A stretch of 64,000 bases of DNA, from assembly GCA_964106915.2 (NCBI GenBank), contig OZ066914.1. One strand, written 5' to 3'. The notes beneath the pieces are model-generated. The model was not told where the DNA came from and ran no database searches. It worked only from the letters and a program-made list of their open reading frames with translations. Within the stretch, counting starts at the first letter, position 1, and each line of letters starts with the position of its first letter. The stretch is from Podarcis gaigeae. Taxonomy: Eukaryota. Positions 24,101-38,350 of the stretch are shown here, piece by piece. Both the position numbers and the translations under genes were made by a program.

Positions 24101-25157
24101 TACTTGTGCTTGATTGTATGAGGTGGTCTGCTGCCGAAGCTCTCAGTGGCTCAGCCCATGAAACTGAAATGTCTGTCTTTTTCTTCAGGGAATGGTGTAT
24201 TAGGCTAACTGCTTGATCCTGCATAATCTTTCTCAGAGTTATTCCTTGATAAATATTTCATGAACAAGTTTTTTTCAACTTTTCTCAGTTAACAGATACA
24301 CACAGTACTCTTTTCCAGAGGAATTTCATTTCAATTGAGCTTATTTTAAAACATTAATGCTCACAGCTGAAGAGTTTTCTGTGGCATATGGAAGTCTTAA
24401 TATGCATACACCTAAAATATACGTAACCTTTTTTTATTGTTAGGTCAGCTTGTCCCTTATTTACTCCAGTTGATGCCAGACTATTTTGTACTGGTTTAAT
24501 GCTTGCTGTGAGCTCTTCTGGCAGTATTTGTCCAATGATATTTTTCTTTGATGTTTAGAGCTTTTAGCTAAGCATATAATGGAATGGGTAAAAGGTGATT
24601 ATTCAGTTCTAGAAAGTAGGCTGTGTTTTATATGATGGGTTTTGCTGCCTGCAACTTGTTTTTAAAGTGAAAGTATAAGATTCAAAATTGCAGACTTGAG
24701 GTTTCTAAATTGGAAGAAGCTCAGGAAATTAGCATTTACAAGGTATCCTCTGAAACCGCCTGTGTATTTTGGGCATGTTTATTTATAAATATCATTTCAC
24801 TAATGCAACATTTTTGCCAGGTAATTTTATTCAAAAATTTAATTGTCTCCTTCTTTGCTGCACATATTCATCATTCCTAAACGCAGTAGCGATTCAGTTT
24901 GTAGGATGCTTGAGAACCCTGTAGAATGCCTCAGAAACTTTTCATACTTGTGAAACTTTGCATGATATGTGTGTATAGGCCTCATCCCCAGCCACCTTGA
25001 GTCCTGGGATGCCTGGAGAAGGGAGATTTGAACACAAATCTGGTCCTTCCTCACTTAAGAACCTGCTGCCACCAGATAAAGTGGATTATTTTTTTTTAAA
25101 GCTGCCCTTTATCAATCCTCCTAAAATCTTTCCTAGCACCTCCCTGAACCCTCTTAA

Positions 25158-25518
25158 AAAGGTAAAGGTAAAGGACCCCTGACAGTTAAGTCCAGTTGCG
25201 AACGACTCTGGGGTTGCGGCACTCATTTTGCTTTACTGGCCAAGGGAACCAGCGTTTGTCCGCAGACAGTTTTTCCGGGTCATGTGGCCAGCTGCTTCTG
25301 GTGAAACCAGAGCAGCTCATGGAAACGCCATTTACCTTCCTGCCAGAGCGGTACCTATTTATCTACTTGCACTTTTTGGCGTGCTTTCGAACTGCTAGGT
25401 TGGCAGGAGCTGGTACCGAGCAACGGGCGCTCACCCTGTCACAGGGATTTGAACTGCCGACCTTCCAGTCGGCAAGCCCTACACTCAGTGGTTTAGACCA
25501 CAGTGCCACACGCATCCC
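25158..25518 (-). mobile_element. Sauria SINE (POM/Squam1 type)
   Basis: Reverse-complement homologue of 9625-9993; (AAAGGT)n tail at the left; degenerate TSD ending CTCTTAA. Confidence 0.9.
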
Positions 25519-25761
25519 CTTGAAGTCTCTTAAGGTAGCATAATTTATGGTTTCTAGGGGTGTTCTAAATAAGATGAGTCCATCACTGGCTTAGGAAACA
25601 AAAAGTTTACTAAAACAAAATAAGAGTTTTAGGAAAAGGATATTTGATGGAAAAGATTCAGAAACCAGCATATTCCACAGCAAAACAAAAGGTTACACTC
25701 TTCAGGGGGTGGGTTGTACTTCATATGTCCTCCATATGTTATCCTTGCTGATTCTGAAAAA

Positions 25762-25935
25762 CAGTGGTGTCCAAACTTTTTTCAAAGAGGGCCAGAAATG
25801 AAGGGCTGTGAGGGCCGACCAAAGTTGTTGACATTTTTTTAAAGATTGAATTTGTTGAGCTTTTTTTAGGATTTTACCACAGGGGCTGACCCGTGAGCCG
25901 GATTAGGTCCCTGAAATGGATTTTGGACATGCCTG
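25762..25935. mobile_element. hAT-type MITE
   Basis: CAGTGGTGTCCAAA / TTTGGACATGCCTG termini; 8-bp TSD CTGAAAAA/CTGTAAAA. Confidence 0.7.
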
Positions 25936-26423
25936 CTGTAAAACCTTTGATGCCTTCAGGGTCCTGTCTTGGACTGCTTGCCCCAAAGCCAGTCTTCTTA
26001 GAATTGGCCTCTTCTTACCAGCTCCTTCCACATCATGAGCTGTGCCCAGCAGGTTACAGGCAGCAGGATGTTTTACTTTGGACAAGAAAAGTGCTGCATC
26101 TAACTTCTTCAGTAAATTCTCTCAGTTTCTCATTAAAATAGAAATATTGGTCCTCTGTTGGTGATTATCACAAAACCAATTGCATTCTGGTTAGGGATGC
26201 ACAAGTATCTTTATTTGTGCGTGTTCCAAGAGAGCTCTTAAACACACCCATGAGGTTTCCACCATGCTTTCCGTCTTCCACTACCTGAAGGGAATGGTTA
26301 CAATCTAATAGATGAAGAGAAAGGCAGAGGCACCACTGAGTGTTCACAGCCTTCAGCAGAGTGTCTTTCCCACCAAAGGTGGAGGCTGGACCTATAAAGA
26401 GGAAAGTGAAAGTGTATGCATTC

Positions 26424-26687
26424 TGTTAAGTTGTGGGTGAACATATCAGACAACACAGCGATTCTTCAGACAGCTCTTGTTTATTCACAGGCCAGAACAG
26501 AACTGAACTGAAGGGTTCAGCCAGCCTGCTTATATAGAGCTCCACTACAATGCAACAGTAACAACTTTCTGAAACTATCCAATTAGTGAATGTCACTTTC
26601 AATTCTTTATTTACATATGTGAACCTGAGTGAAAACTATCTACAGTATTCCCCTGCTGGCCCAGGGTGGGAACTTCAGTACATAACA
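26424..26687 (-). mobile_element. Solo LTR of a Gypsy element related to the 55.5-60.4 kb family
   Basis: TG...CA ends; same terminal CAGTACATAACA as the Gypsy LTRs; minus-strand TATA (CTATATAAG) and AATAAA; 5-bp flanks CATTC/TGTTC; second partial copy at 42889. Confidence 0.8.
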
Positions 26688-28204
26688 TGTTCCACCCAGT
26701 CTTCAGCTGGAAAAGACCATTTTTTCCTGTGACCTGAGAGCATCTTCACTATGGCCTTTCACAACTTTATTTTCTAATGTTCACCTTCAAACAGTGGAAA
26801 GGTGGAAACTGGTTGCAGGACTGAGCACCAACCTTCCTTGTGAGTGTTTGAAGACAGGTCTTCAGCTTTATAAGCACCTGCCCTCAAATGCTTGTATTGT
26901 CTCTCATTTTGCTATCTGCAGTGTGCTTAGAACATATAATGTTGGAAGAAGTGGTAGAAAATGTGGGAAGAACTTGTATATAGGAAATGGCCATAGCAAA
27001 GTGAGTGGGTGCCAGAGAATGTTGGAAGCTGCTCAGAGTGGCTGGGGCAACCCAGTCAGATGGGTGGGGTGAAAATAACAAAATTATTGTTGTTGTTATG
27101 TCATAGGGAGGGTGTGTTGTTCCGGCAGCCAAGCACATCAAATGAAACTGCCTTTCCAGTTCTATCAAGAAAGAACAACAATGTGTGATTAAGATCCAAT
27201 TCTTTGTTCTATTGATATGTAAGTGTGACTAAGTAATTCCAAAACATTAAGTAGGTTGCTAGTAACAGAAAACTCATAACTGTAATTAGTGAATATGGGA
27301 GCATGCCAACAGTAATCTGGCTTTCGCTCACTTAGTGGCAGAAATGAAATCTTGGTTGGCCACAACAAAACATCTTTAGCAGTTAATATGGATTGGATAG
27401 CAGCATGATTATACATGCATCAGGCAAAGGCTATAAAGCAAATTTCATATGTCTGTTGGATTCATGGAGCCAAGGGAATTGGGAGCACAGCTGTCATCAT
27501 TTGACTTTTCTGCTGCTGATGGTGGTTGCTTCCAACTCGTATGCAATTAATACATATGGCAGCCAACTGGCTATACTGAAGCATAGTTCCAATTTCTTAG
27601 ACAGCCCTGAGGCTCTATTATCTGTCTATTCCATGGAAGCAATTTTTTTAAAAATAAAAAAAAATGCCTTAAGGATTTATTTTTTTGAGCTGCCATTCAT
27701 TTGCCTCTACTCTAAGGATTATTCAGTGTTTCTTTCCCCTGGGTTTTTGCATTTCCCATTCAGAACCTTGGCATTCTTAGAAATCCATGTGTCCTGCATT
27801 GATGGAGAGAAACCCTGTGAGCAATGTGGAAATAGCCCCCTGAAAAAGAGGGCTGGAAATTCTACCTACTCTAGAATTTGAGCAATCAGTTCAAAAGATG
27901 GCAGCAGAAATGACTCGTGGCATTTTTTATGAACTGTAATCCAGTGGGCATATTGAGCCAGATATCTGTCTGTCTGTCTGTCTGCCTGCCTCTATTCCCC
28001 AAATGTTTATAAATCACTTGGATTTGCTGCTCTTTATACAGTCTCGCACCAGCTTCCAAAAACGCTACTGCTCTGAACAGAAGGCTGCCTCCCTACTTGC
28101 ATTCAGTGCAGTGAAATAATTCACTAAACACCTCAAATTTACATCTGTTATTCAATAGAAATTCAAATAGCAAGACAGTCTGGCTGCACTGGAATCTTGC
28201 CTTC

Positions 28205-28245
28205 CCTCCTCCTCCTCCTCCTCCTCCTCCTCCTCCTCCTCCTCC
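28205..28245. repeat. (CCT)n microsatellite
   Basis: Directly visible trinucleotide run. Confidence 0.95.
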
Positions 28246-28719
28246 GCAGTATCATAAACATTCCCTTTGTCCACTTTACCTGGCATGGTGTCCTTTGGTT
28301 CAAGAGAAATGCCTGAACCACCATTCCAGTTACATCAACTACTTCTTCATATACCACAAATGTGATTCTCTTTGTTCCCTTTCTTTTCATTTCTTTCCAG
28401 CTGATTAGTTGGCCCCACAGTTGCCGAGATCCGGCTTCTGATAACATCTATTAAATCTGTCTAAAGAGTTAGCTGCCTGAATTAATAGACCATTTAAGAT
28501 TGTAATTTTATGGCTTTGTATTATAGCTCTACCTACATCTGATTGGAAAATGCCATGTATTGTGAATACTGCCCCCCCCCAACAGTTGCCCTTTCATCAG
28601 GTGCAGCAAAATGCCATGTCCTTTCCCGCCTCTGACTGCCTACAAGGAGATGAAATGAAAGACCCTGGTTTGAGCTTAGATGCTTCTACAAATTGAACAG
28701 AATTCGAGGAGTTAATTCC

Positions 28720-29990
28720 TTTGACAGTTTAATGCTGCGGTGAGCATAGGAGGGCTTGCTCCCTCTGCAAGACCTTCACCATCTGGCCTACGGAGAGGGG
28801 GGCAGGCCCTCACACTCCCAGCTATAAAGACTCCTGCTGCAGTGAAGGGTGGACCATCAGCTGTGGTGAGGACTGCAGGGCCTGCTCCCTTTGCAAGGCC
28901 GTTACCAGCAGGCCTGGGGGGCAGACTCACTGGAATGAACTCTTGGGGCAGTGCTGGGTGGGGTGTTCTGCTATTGTTTCATTGCTCAAAGTGTCTAATG
29001 TTTTTTTAAAAAAATTAAGCAGCTTTTAATCTGTGGTGTTTCAAATTTTACCCGTCCCTCTTCTTAGTTAGGTTGGGGTTGTTTTCAATGCTTAGATGGA
29101 GGTGGCGGTTATTTTAATTGTGCCTGTAGTAGAAAATTGTGTTTCGAGTTTCTTTAAATTTTCTATTGGTTTACTGGTTTGTTTTGTTGTTGCCTTAAGA
29201 GAACTTGTTTTTAAGGCAGGGGTTAGCAAACTTTTCCAGCAGGGGACTGGTCCACTGTCCCTCAGACCTTGTGGGGGGCCGGACTATATTTGGGAGAGGG
29301 GGGAAATGAACGAATTCCTATGCCCCACAAATAACCCAGAGATGCATTTTAAATAAAAGGACACATTCTACTCATATAAAAACACGCTGATTCCCAGACC
29401 TTCTCTGGGCTGGATTTAGAAGGCGATTGGGCTGGATCTGGCCCCCGGGCCTTAGTTTGCCTACCCATGTTTTAAGGGATAGGTTCAGGGCTGCCCTGGG
29501 AGTAGGCCCTAGCCAATAGCATGGCTGGGGCAGGTTCCACTGGGGGGGGGGATGCATTGGGACACCTGATCTCAGTGATCATGGGTAGGAGGAGGAATTA
29601 CACTAGGACCAGACCATGTCATTACTGAGGAGGCAGGTTTAGTCATTGTTAGAAGACTATCCCTGCCTCCATGTTGGGTCCTGACCATTTTATAGTTCAA
29701 ATTGGGAAAAATAAATACAGTAAATGGACAAAAATACAAAGATTCACAAAATGTGTCCCCCCAGAAAAAAGCACTGAGTATCCCACATGACCTTAAGGTG
29801 CTGCTGTGAAATGCCAGGTCAATGGTTCACAAGACCGCTGCCATCCATTAAACGTGGATGGAGGAATTAACCTGGCATGTGTAATGGAGACTTGCTTGGA
29901 TGAGGCAGATGGACCTGTTCTTGCCGCTGCCTGTCCACCAGGTTCCTCTTACGCACAGCAACCCAGGTCATGTGGGCGGGGAGAGGGTTT
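28720..29990 (+). mobile_element. 5' portion of a degenerate L2-like LINE (leader plus start of the APE endonuclease), interrupted by a hAT MITE
   Basis: 29792-29990 translates to LKVLL*NARSMVHKT...LACVMETCLDE...PPGSSYAQQPRSCGRGEG, the APE endonuclease N-terminus. Assignment of the upstream GC-rich/T-rich region to the same element is inferred. Confidence 0.6.
29217..29469 (+). mobile_element. hAT (Charlie-like) MITE, intact copy
   Basis: Perfect 8-bp TSD TTTTAAGG (29209-29216, 29470-29477); CAGGGG.../...CCCATG termini. Confidence 0.9.
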
Positions 29991-30009
29991 TTTAGTGATT
30001 ATTAGGAAG

Positions 30010-30250
30010 GGAGAACCTTACATTTGTCCCTACTGAAATTCATTTTATTAAGGTCTTCTGGAATTCTTATTCTGTTTTCAGTGGTATTGACTACCCCTTA
30101 GTATCTTCATCCAAGTTATTTATAAAGATGTTGAACAATAATGGGCCCAGGACAGAACCCTGCAGCACACAAGTTGCCACTATTTTCCAAGGTGACAAGG
30201 AACCATTATTGAGCACTGTTTGGGTTTGGGCTGTCAACCAGCTACAAATG
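30010..30250 (-). mobile_element. CR1-like LINE RT fragment
   Basis: Minus strand encodes QGSVLGPLLFNIFINNLDE, the CR1 RT motif. Confidence 0.75.
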
Positions 30251-33200
30251 CAGACATTCCCAGAACATTCATTCCCTAGGCCCCTGCTTCCTGCAGTACA
30301 CTTCTGTTATGTATTGGTGCTTATATAATAACACTTGGAGATAAATGGTAATGGTGCAATCATTTCTGCTAACTGGAAAACCTGGTTCCAGATATCCAGT
30401 TGATTTATAATTTTTGTAAAATGTCTCTCTTTTGTTTTTTTCTCATTTAACAACTAACATTCAAACTATCCTAAGCTTTTTAGTGTCACCTTCTACCTCT
30501 GTTATGTAAAAAATGGATTCCAAAACATAGTGATTTTCTCTAAAGAAGGTAGGACCTTCAGGCTATTTTTACCTAGAATCTTTGGCAAATGTAGAATCTC
30601 CCGTGTCTGACCTTTCCCATACGGCCTCTTCCAACGTACTGTATTTTCTCTTTTAGTTTTAGAGTTTCAGATTTCCTTCTGTTCTCATCTGAAACATTCT
30701 GATGACAGGTTGAATAACTCGGTAGGCTTCTCAGGAGACTGGAGGAAAAAAGAACCTCATTTCTTTGAGCTGCAAAGGTCACTTTCCAGTCCTAACCTGT
30801 GGAGGGTTCATTGCAAGCAAAGTGTCCAGTAAGAACTGAATCTTTACCTTTCTGCACAAGGAAGAAAAACGTGATAATGGAAGAAAAAACAATTGACCCT
30901 GCAAAGCAAGGGTTTTTTTTTGTGGGTTGGGTTGGGACAGAAGTTATAGTCCGAATGTCACAGCATTCAAACCCCTTGAGTTGCTATAGGTGCTTGAAAT
31001 AATAAAAGAGCCAGATTTAATACAGCCAAACAGGGGATTTGGACATACATTTCTGACTTAACTTCTCTTAAGATACTTTATAATATGTTCTAATTATCTT
31101 ACATGGGAAATGGGGAAAACAGCACTTCTAAGGCTACTCCTGTCCTTTTAAGTGTTGCACATGCATTTCCTTCTCTTCCACTCTTTGTTCATCTTAATGA
31201 CATCATAACCACCTCACAATCTGGACTACACATCCCTAGTGATTATGGCCCATGAATTTGATGGGTGGAGTTGCAGGAGCTCTAGCTTTATCCTTTGCAG
31301 GCTGATTCCTTTCCCAGGACTCTTCCGTTTTCCTTTCCTCACACCTGCAATTCTGCTTCTCCCCCCTCTTGTCCTGTGAGTGCCTACCGAGATCCTTTCC
31401 TCCTATGCCAAGTCTTTTTCCTTACAGAATTTAACGCACTGCAAGAGGCAGTGTACAGAGCATCCCTCTCAACAATGCAGTGGTATTTGAAGCAGCAGCA
31501 GCAGCTTATTTTTTGTATCTGTTATGAATATTTAGGTTGAACTATTCATAAAGGTTTTATGAATCGGTGTACTATGGATCACTTTTTTGAAACTAGATTT
31601 ATGATTAGAAGTATCTGTTTCAGTCCAGTTCATGGAAGTTGTTATAGTGATCCCCTTTTCTGCCCTCTCAAGCAATTCTGAGTATTATTTTGCCGCCTAC
31701 AATAAATAAATTAGATTGAGCAGCCACCTTCGAATAATGAGACATTTGTGAAACAAACAAATGGATCACATAAGTGGGTTAGTATTTCATTATCAGCTAT
31801 TAAGACATTGTTTTCATCTTGTTCAACAGTAAAAACAACACAGTTCTGGCTTCTTCAGCATTCCAAACCTCAGTTGCACTAAATGAGCACAACAAATGCA
31901 ATAGAATGAAAGCATTATTACTGTCTGCCTGGCAATTCTCATGTCAGCTTTTAAGAGAGGCTTCTTTGGCGCATTTCTCTGTAGGTTGCATTTCTCCTCC
32001 CTTCTCTTTTCTGGAATGCAGCGCTCATTACAGTTTCTAGTATGACAGTTCTGAAATCCTCTAACAGGCTTCAGAGGTGAAGGCTTTATCATGCTGCTTC
32101 CTAAATATTGGCTGTTAAGTGCTCTGTGTGAGTCAGAATGGCTGAACTCTCTTTTTCCAGGACAAGTGTGCTACTTAGATGACAAAAATTGCATTGCCCT
32201 GTGCTGGTACCGGCTGAGGCAGGTGGCACTTGAGGTGAGGCCCAAGCAATGGTGTCAGAACAAGAAGCGCACAGTACAAAGATAAGAATATTGATGGGCC
32301 CCAGCCACTGTGGCCAATAGTTAGGGATGACAGGCGTTATGATGGCCATGGATTCCAAATCTCTGACGTAGCAGGTAACAAAAGCTGTCAATAAGTACCA
32401 GGCTGATGTTGGGTCTGCAGGACCTAGGATAGCACCCAGGTTGTAAAGAGTCCATACCCTACCACTTGACTGCAAACTAGGAGATTCTTTAAGGGAACGA
32501 GTCCTTGCAATTTGGTTTTGGAGCAATACTTTTTAGCTAGTACATGCATCTGCAGAAAATGACAAAGATATCTCTCCCCACCCCCACCAGTATTCTATCC
32601 TCAACTGAACTCTTTTCCCACAAAGTGATTTTGAGCATTTTTTAGACCCTTGCAATGTGATAATTGCAGTTTCCAGTAGGCAAGCATCTTGTTGTTTTTG
32701 AGTGAATAATGTTATGGCCGCAACTCAAAGTAAAATAAACAAAAGTATTTCATACCACTGATTTAAGTGGGAGATGTTTAACTCTTAAGTCTCCCATGGA
32801 AATCAATGAGACTTCAAAGTGCTGAATTTTGGTTGGACTGCACCGCATATATATTAAAACCTTTAATTACACTTTCAAAGTCACTGGTGAAATTTAATCT
32901 TTCAGACTAACAGATTGTGATCTTTGACATAGGTTGGGTTCTTTTAGAAGATAAATTATGAGCAAAAGCAGCTATTTTCCCTTGTGCATATATAGATAAT
33001 TTGTGATAATTCAGGAAAGCTGCACCCTGCATGAGATCACATAATTTGCTTTGAAGTGCTGAGTTCACTTTTATTTTATTTTTTAAAAAATGATTCAATG
33101 GGGTACTCTTTTTCCAAGGTCTTCCTTTTGTTATATTTTTAAAGATCATTGTTAAATGTGTAGCCTCGTAGAATAATAACCAGGTGATCCTTTCCCTGAT

Positions 33201-36200
33201 TTTAGGGTTTTGAAGTGTGTGTCATCAATCACTCTGTAAATGTGTTTGGAACATGTATTGTGTTATGATAAATGATGCTGTTCTAGGGGAACAGAAGATC
33301 AAGGAAGGCTTGTAACCTGGTTTCTATTTTGTTAAATTGCAAACAAAAAGGATAGGGTGACTATCCTGTTTTCTAGGCTTGCAAGCACACCACTTGCTTT
33401 ATATTATATGCTTTAGCAGAATCACGAAGTACTTAGTGTGGTGTTGTCCCAAAAATGTGAGTGAAAATACACCAGCGTAAGCAATCTGTGAATCATCATT
33501 TGAATTCCCTTAGTTGATTGGGGTGTGATAATTAAACTGTTTTATTGATTTTCGCTTATGGTGCTTCACGGCCCATCCTATTTACATCTAACCATAAATA
33601 GACCTAACATATACATACATTTTGCCTCATTCCTGCATTGCTTTTTTCCACTCTGCCATAATAATACATTAAGTTAAAAGCAGCAACCTTAATCTTTATT
33701 TCTGAAAATGCATTTAAATAGCTCCCAAGAGAGAAATAGCAATCTCTCTATCTTCAACATTTCTAGGGAATTTACATCTAAACTTTAGAGCATGATTTTG
33801 AGGCTGACTAAAATGAAGTTCTGAATGTGTTTACTAGGCACCTGAGATGGCTTATGAGACCAAATCTTCCATGATTTCATGCTACACTTTTATTTTCCTG
33901 TTGCTAGTTTTTTTTTCTTTGTAGGGCAATTTTTGTTAAAGTTATGCATCTGTTGCACTTATAACAAACCACTAAGAGTTCTTCCAGATACATATTTTTA
34001 ACAACAGTACTGTTATCATTGCATCACCTCAGAAAATAGAGCAGGAAGTATCACAAAAGCAGAGCTTCAGAGCAGGAGTTGTGGGCTGGATCTTTGCTTC
34101 CCCCACTTTTCCTATAGGCTAATTTTAACAGGTGGGTGGCTCTGACCACCTGTCAGTCACTTGATGTCATTATGTAGTCAGATGATAACTAACCATTTGT
34201 ATTTACATAAACTTTTACATTCACAGATGAGGCTGAGTGATTAAACTGTTCAGGAGGACTGGGCAATATGCTCATACTGTACTCTTAATTGTTTTTCATT
34301 TCTGGGTTACTGTGAATGGTATGTTTCACAAGGGTTTATAGAACCAGTCATGAAGATCGGGTTGGCTCTGTTAGTATTACCATTAATACTAATAATACTA
34401 CAGGATGATCAGTGAATTACATTCTGTATTAATGAATATTCATGTATTACCTTGTAATTTATTGTAGTTTCAGGAGTTTCCACCCCTGATGATAGTTTTC
34501 TAATTTTTGCCTTGTATTTTCTCTTAAACATGGGTACTTTTGATGTCTTTTGGTACTTTTGATGTCTTTTGGAAGCATAGGGGTGGTTCCTGTTTGATTG
34601 GTATTTGTCTTAGTGTTTTCTTGTTCTGCCTGCCCTAGGTTTTTTCAATCTATATTTGGGCAGGGGAGCACCAATTGATAAGCCAGGAAGCCTATTTTTG
34701 CTGCCTTATTTTATTCTGTTGCCTGAAGTCTAGTAGTCTTAAGTCTTGTACTAGTTTCCCCCTTGTCCCAGGAAAAGGCAACAGTATTAGCCTGTGTTGA
34801 TAATACTACCCTCCTCTCCCTTGAGCAGGTGGTTTGTGAACCATAGAGTGGAGACTCCTGGGACATGGAAGGCCAAAAAGGGATGAGCATCTCTTCTGTG
34901 ACTGGCAGTATATGCCTCTTAATAAACTGGATCCCTTGATTTGCAGTGGCTGGATGGGCGTTAAAGATGTAGAGCAAAGGAGAAAGAAGAATAAAAGATA
35001 AAACCAAGGCTCTTTTTTTACATGTGAGCTTCCGTCATGAAAATTGTGATAATTAGATTTTATTAAATTGGAACCAACAGCATCCAAAATAACATAAAAA
35101 TGCTCTTCCTGAGCCCCCCTGCTGACTGTCTCCAGCTATTTTAGATCAACGTAACCTCTAATGGATATAGGAAGTAATCAATACTCTTTTAAAGACATTT
35201 AGATTAGAGCACATAAAATATTTATTCCCTGCATTTGTCACTTTAAATATATATATATTATATTCTTTATGCATTATTGAAAGGTGCTTATCTTATTAAA
35301 TTAGTTAAGATGTTGATTTTTATATTACTCTGAGATAAAACTTAAAATTAATTTGTCCAAATATTGTTGTGTAATATTGTTGTTGTAATATGAAAGAGGA
35401 AACCTGATCCATTAAGTCTGAAGTTCTAGCAAGCTAATGACCTACTGAGTGTTTCATACAGTAACTTATTTTATACAGAACTGCCAGCCAGTTTCAGGAG
35501 GGAAGTGCTGTTTATAAGCATGCTTACAAATTAGCCAAACGTTAGCAGATTTGAAAGTCCATTGCTTGTCTCTAGCATTGAGCATGATCTACCAAAGCGG
35601 GTTTGTGGCAAGAGTGACGGTCTGGTATTTTTAAAAAGTCTCCCCCAACCCTCTGCAGTAGATTTTGTGATGGCATCTGGGACGGACGTTGGGGTGGAGA
35701 GGAGGGAGAAGTCCTATAATGTAAGCAAAAGTCTGTTCTGCTAGTGGATGGGCACAATTGGATGGCACTATTCTTCAGTGACACTGGAGGGGGAGCACTC
35801 CAAACAAACTTATGCTTTCTTAAAATTCCCATAGAAGGTGCAGAAGTAGGTAAAAAGGTGTCCTCCAGATGTTTCCGAACTCCGACTTCAGTCAGCCCCA
35901 GCAGGCATGGTGCATAGCCAAGGATGATGGGAATTGGAGTCCGATAGCACCTGAAGGATATCGTGTTGGCAACCCCTGACACAGGGGATTTAGTTTTCAG
36001 TCTCAGGCAAAAAAATTATTTAGATGTGAATCCCGGTGAAATTTAATGTCATCAGTCAGCATTTACCACAGTAGTTACGACAGAGAAATTATTTTCTAAC
36101 CTCTGTGCCTAGTGGAGATTCACTATACTAAATGTTGCAAATACAGACATTTGCATGGAAGATGAATAATGATTTGGTTTAAAAATAAAATTCAATATAT

Positions 36201-37189
36201 AAAGACACACTTGTGTTGAAATTCATGAAGCTTTTCATATTTATTGTGTTATACTGCAGCATGCATTGTTACACTGCAGCAAACATGAAGAGAAAGTGGA
36301 CAGATTATCTGAACAAAGCAGATATGCAGAATAGTTGATCCAGAATGAGTAAGCATTGCAATAACACAAAACTGACTTCTAAAACAATTACACATATTTC
36401 AAGAGCTTCTAAAATTTTGTTTCTTACCCCTATTGTCATGAGAATAATGTTTCGGTGCAATTGTCTGTCCCCCATGCAGAATCTCAGCTATCTGCCTCCA
36501 GCTTCTGATACCATTATGCAAGCATTAATGCTACTGGCAAGATAGTGGCACTCATGGAGATTCAGAATCCCATTAAGGGGCTGCATACCATGAACCATGA
36601 AATATCAGGACAGAGGTTGAGAAAATCTGTTCACCTTCACTCTTTTTATTTATTTTTTAGCTAAAGATTACCCTGCTGGTTAAATACATGGAGGAAAGTG
36701 GCCTTTATGAAGTTCAGGATGAAAATAACTCAAATTCTATAAAATTCCAGGTCTTTTCTAGTATTTTTCTGTAATTATTATTATTATTTGGGGGGCGGGT
36801 GGGGGGAGAGAATCAGAATCAGAATAGCTTTCATTCTGTGTTAGTGTCATCTCATCCCAAGCTACGGAGACCTATGCATGCATAATTGGAGCTTGAACTG
36901 CAAATATAAATTAGAATGCTATTCCTGCATTGCTTTCAATGGGGTGTGCAATGAAGCACATGTTTTAACTATACATCCCTGTCCACATTTTGGGGTAATT
37001 AATAATCATGCTTACATTACCTTTAAAAAGTTAAACTAGAGCTGGATCAAGCATCTGCTTTTATTTTCTCTCTCTCTTTTCATTCTCTTAGTCAATTATC
37101 TCTGTCATTCCTGATTCAATTAGCAGATGCTGTTTGCCTTTAGCTGTGATAAGAAACTGCAACAACTTGTAATTGTTGGGAATACTATA

Positions 37190-37420
37190 CAGTGGTACCT
37201 CGGGTTAAGAACTTAATTCGTTCCAGAGGTCCGTTCTTAACCTGAAACTGTTCTTAACCTTAAGCACCACTTTAGCTAATGGGGCCTCCTGCCGCCGCCG
37301 TGCAATTTCTGTTCTCATCCTGAGGTAAAGTTCTTAACCCCAGGTACTATTTCTGGGTTAGCAGAGTCTGTAACCGGAAGCGTCTGTAACCTGAAGCGTC
37401 TGTTACCCGAGGTACCACTG
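37190..37420. mobile_element. Tc1/mariner (Tigger/pogo-like) MITE
   Basis: TIRs CAGTGGTACCTCGGGT/ACCCGAGGTACCACTG flanked by TA on both sides. Confidence 0.9.
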
Positions 37421-38029
37421 TATCTCCATTCAGTGCTTTCTTGGGAGCTTCTGGGCTGCCAGTTCCTCCTAGGAACAGAATTTTGTCTGTTTCCTCTTAA
37501 AGTGTTATGTGCTTTCAAAAGTCATTTTCCTTTCGTTACAACTGAATATATATTTGCTGAGGAATATCACAGTACTCCTAGGGTTTAGGTTAATTGACCT
37601 CTCTATCTTTTGTGAAATTTACTACCAGTTCTCTGCAGTTTGGTGTATTTCAGATTCATTTCTCTTTCCTCACCTCCTGCCCACCCCAGCTCCCCACCCC
37701 ACCGTATACTTTTCCTGTGAACATACTCAGCCAGTTGCTTGTCTGTCAGTTTTCTCTCTCATCTGCATGAGAAACTGCAGGCAGAATCTTCCTCCAGGAT
37801 CAATCTCTGCTTTCATGAATAAGCCTTGACGTAAATCTTGTCACAGAGAAAATAATGAAAAAGTGATAGAAGCCTTCAGACTGGTTGCCAGAAAGCCTTA
37901 GCATTTCCCCCGCTAGCCAAGGCAGTAATTTTTCCACATTAGTTTGAATGTAAGGAGAAAACCAGAGTTAAGGATGGATTTGAAAATAAGGAACACAAGT
38001 TACCAAGTGCCTTAATGTTAGTATTTCAA

Positions 38030-38350
38030 TAAGAACTTAAGAGGAGCCTTATGGATCTAGCCAGTGGTCCACCTAGTTCAATATTCTGTCCTTACAGTGG
38101 CCAAACTGTAGGAAGCCTGCAAGTGGGACCTGAGCATAAGAGCTCTCTCCCCACCCCATGATTTCTAGCAACTGGTGTCCAGAAGTATTACTCTCAATTA
38201 CCCTCCAACTGTGAAGTCAGAGCATGGCTGTCTTGGCCAATACCCATTGATTGTCTTTTCCTCTGTGAATATATCCAATCCTCTTTTAAAGCCATCTAAA
38301 TTGGTGGCCATCACTGCCTTCTGTAGGAGCAAGTTCCATAGTTTAATCAT
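38030..38350 (-). mobile_element. CR1-like LINE 3' end fragment
   Basis: (TAAGAAC)-type tail repeat on the + strand followed by sequence resembling a sauropsid CR1 3' UTR; recognised by eye. Confidence 0.6.

Noticed and set aside
28163-28447. ORF with a poly-arginine tract
   Set aside because: The tract is a translation of the (CCT)n microsatellite.
34532-34572. 19-bp tandem duplication (a similar 18-bp one lies at ~8916-8953)
   Set aside because: Ordinary slippage-type local duplications with no further structure.
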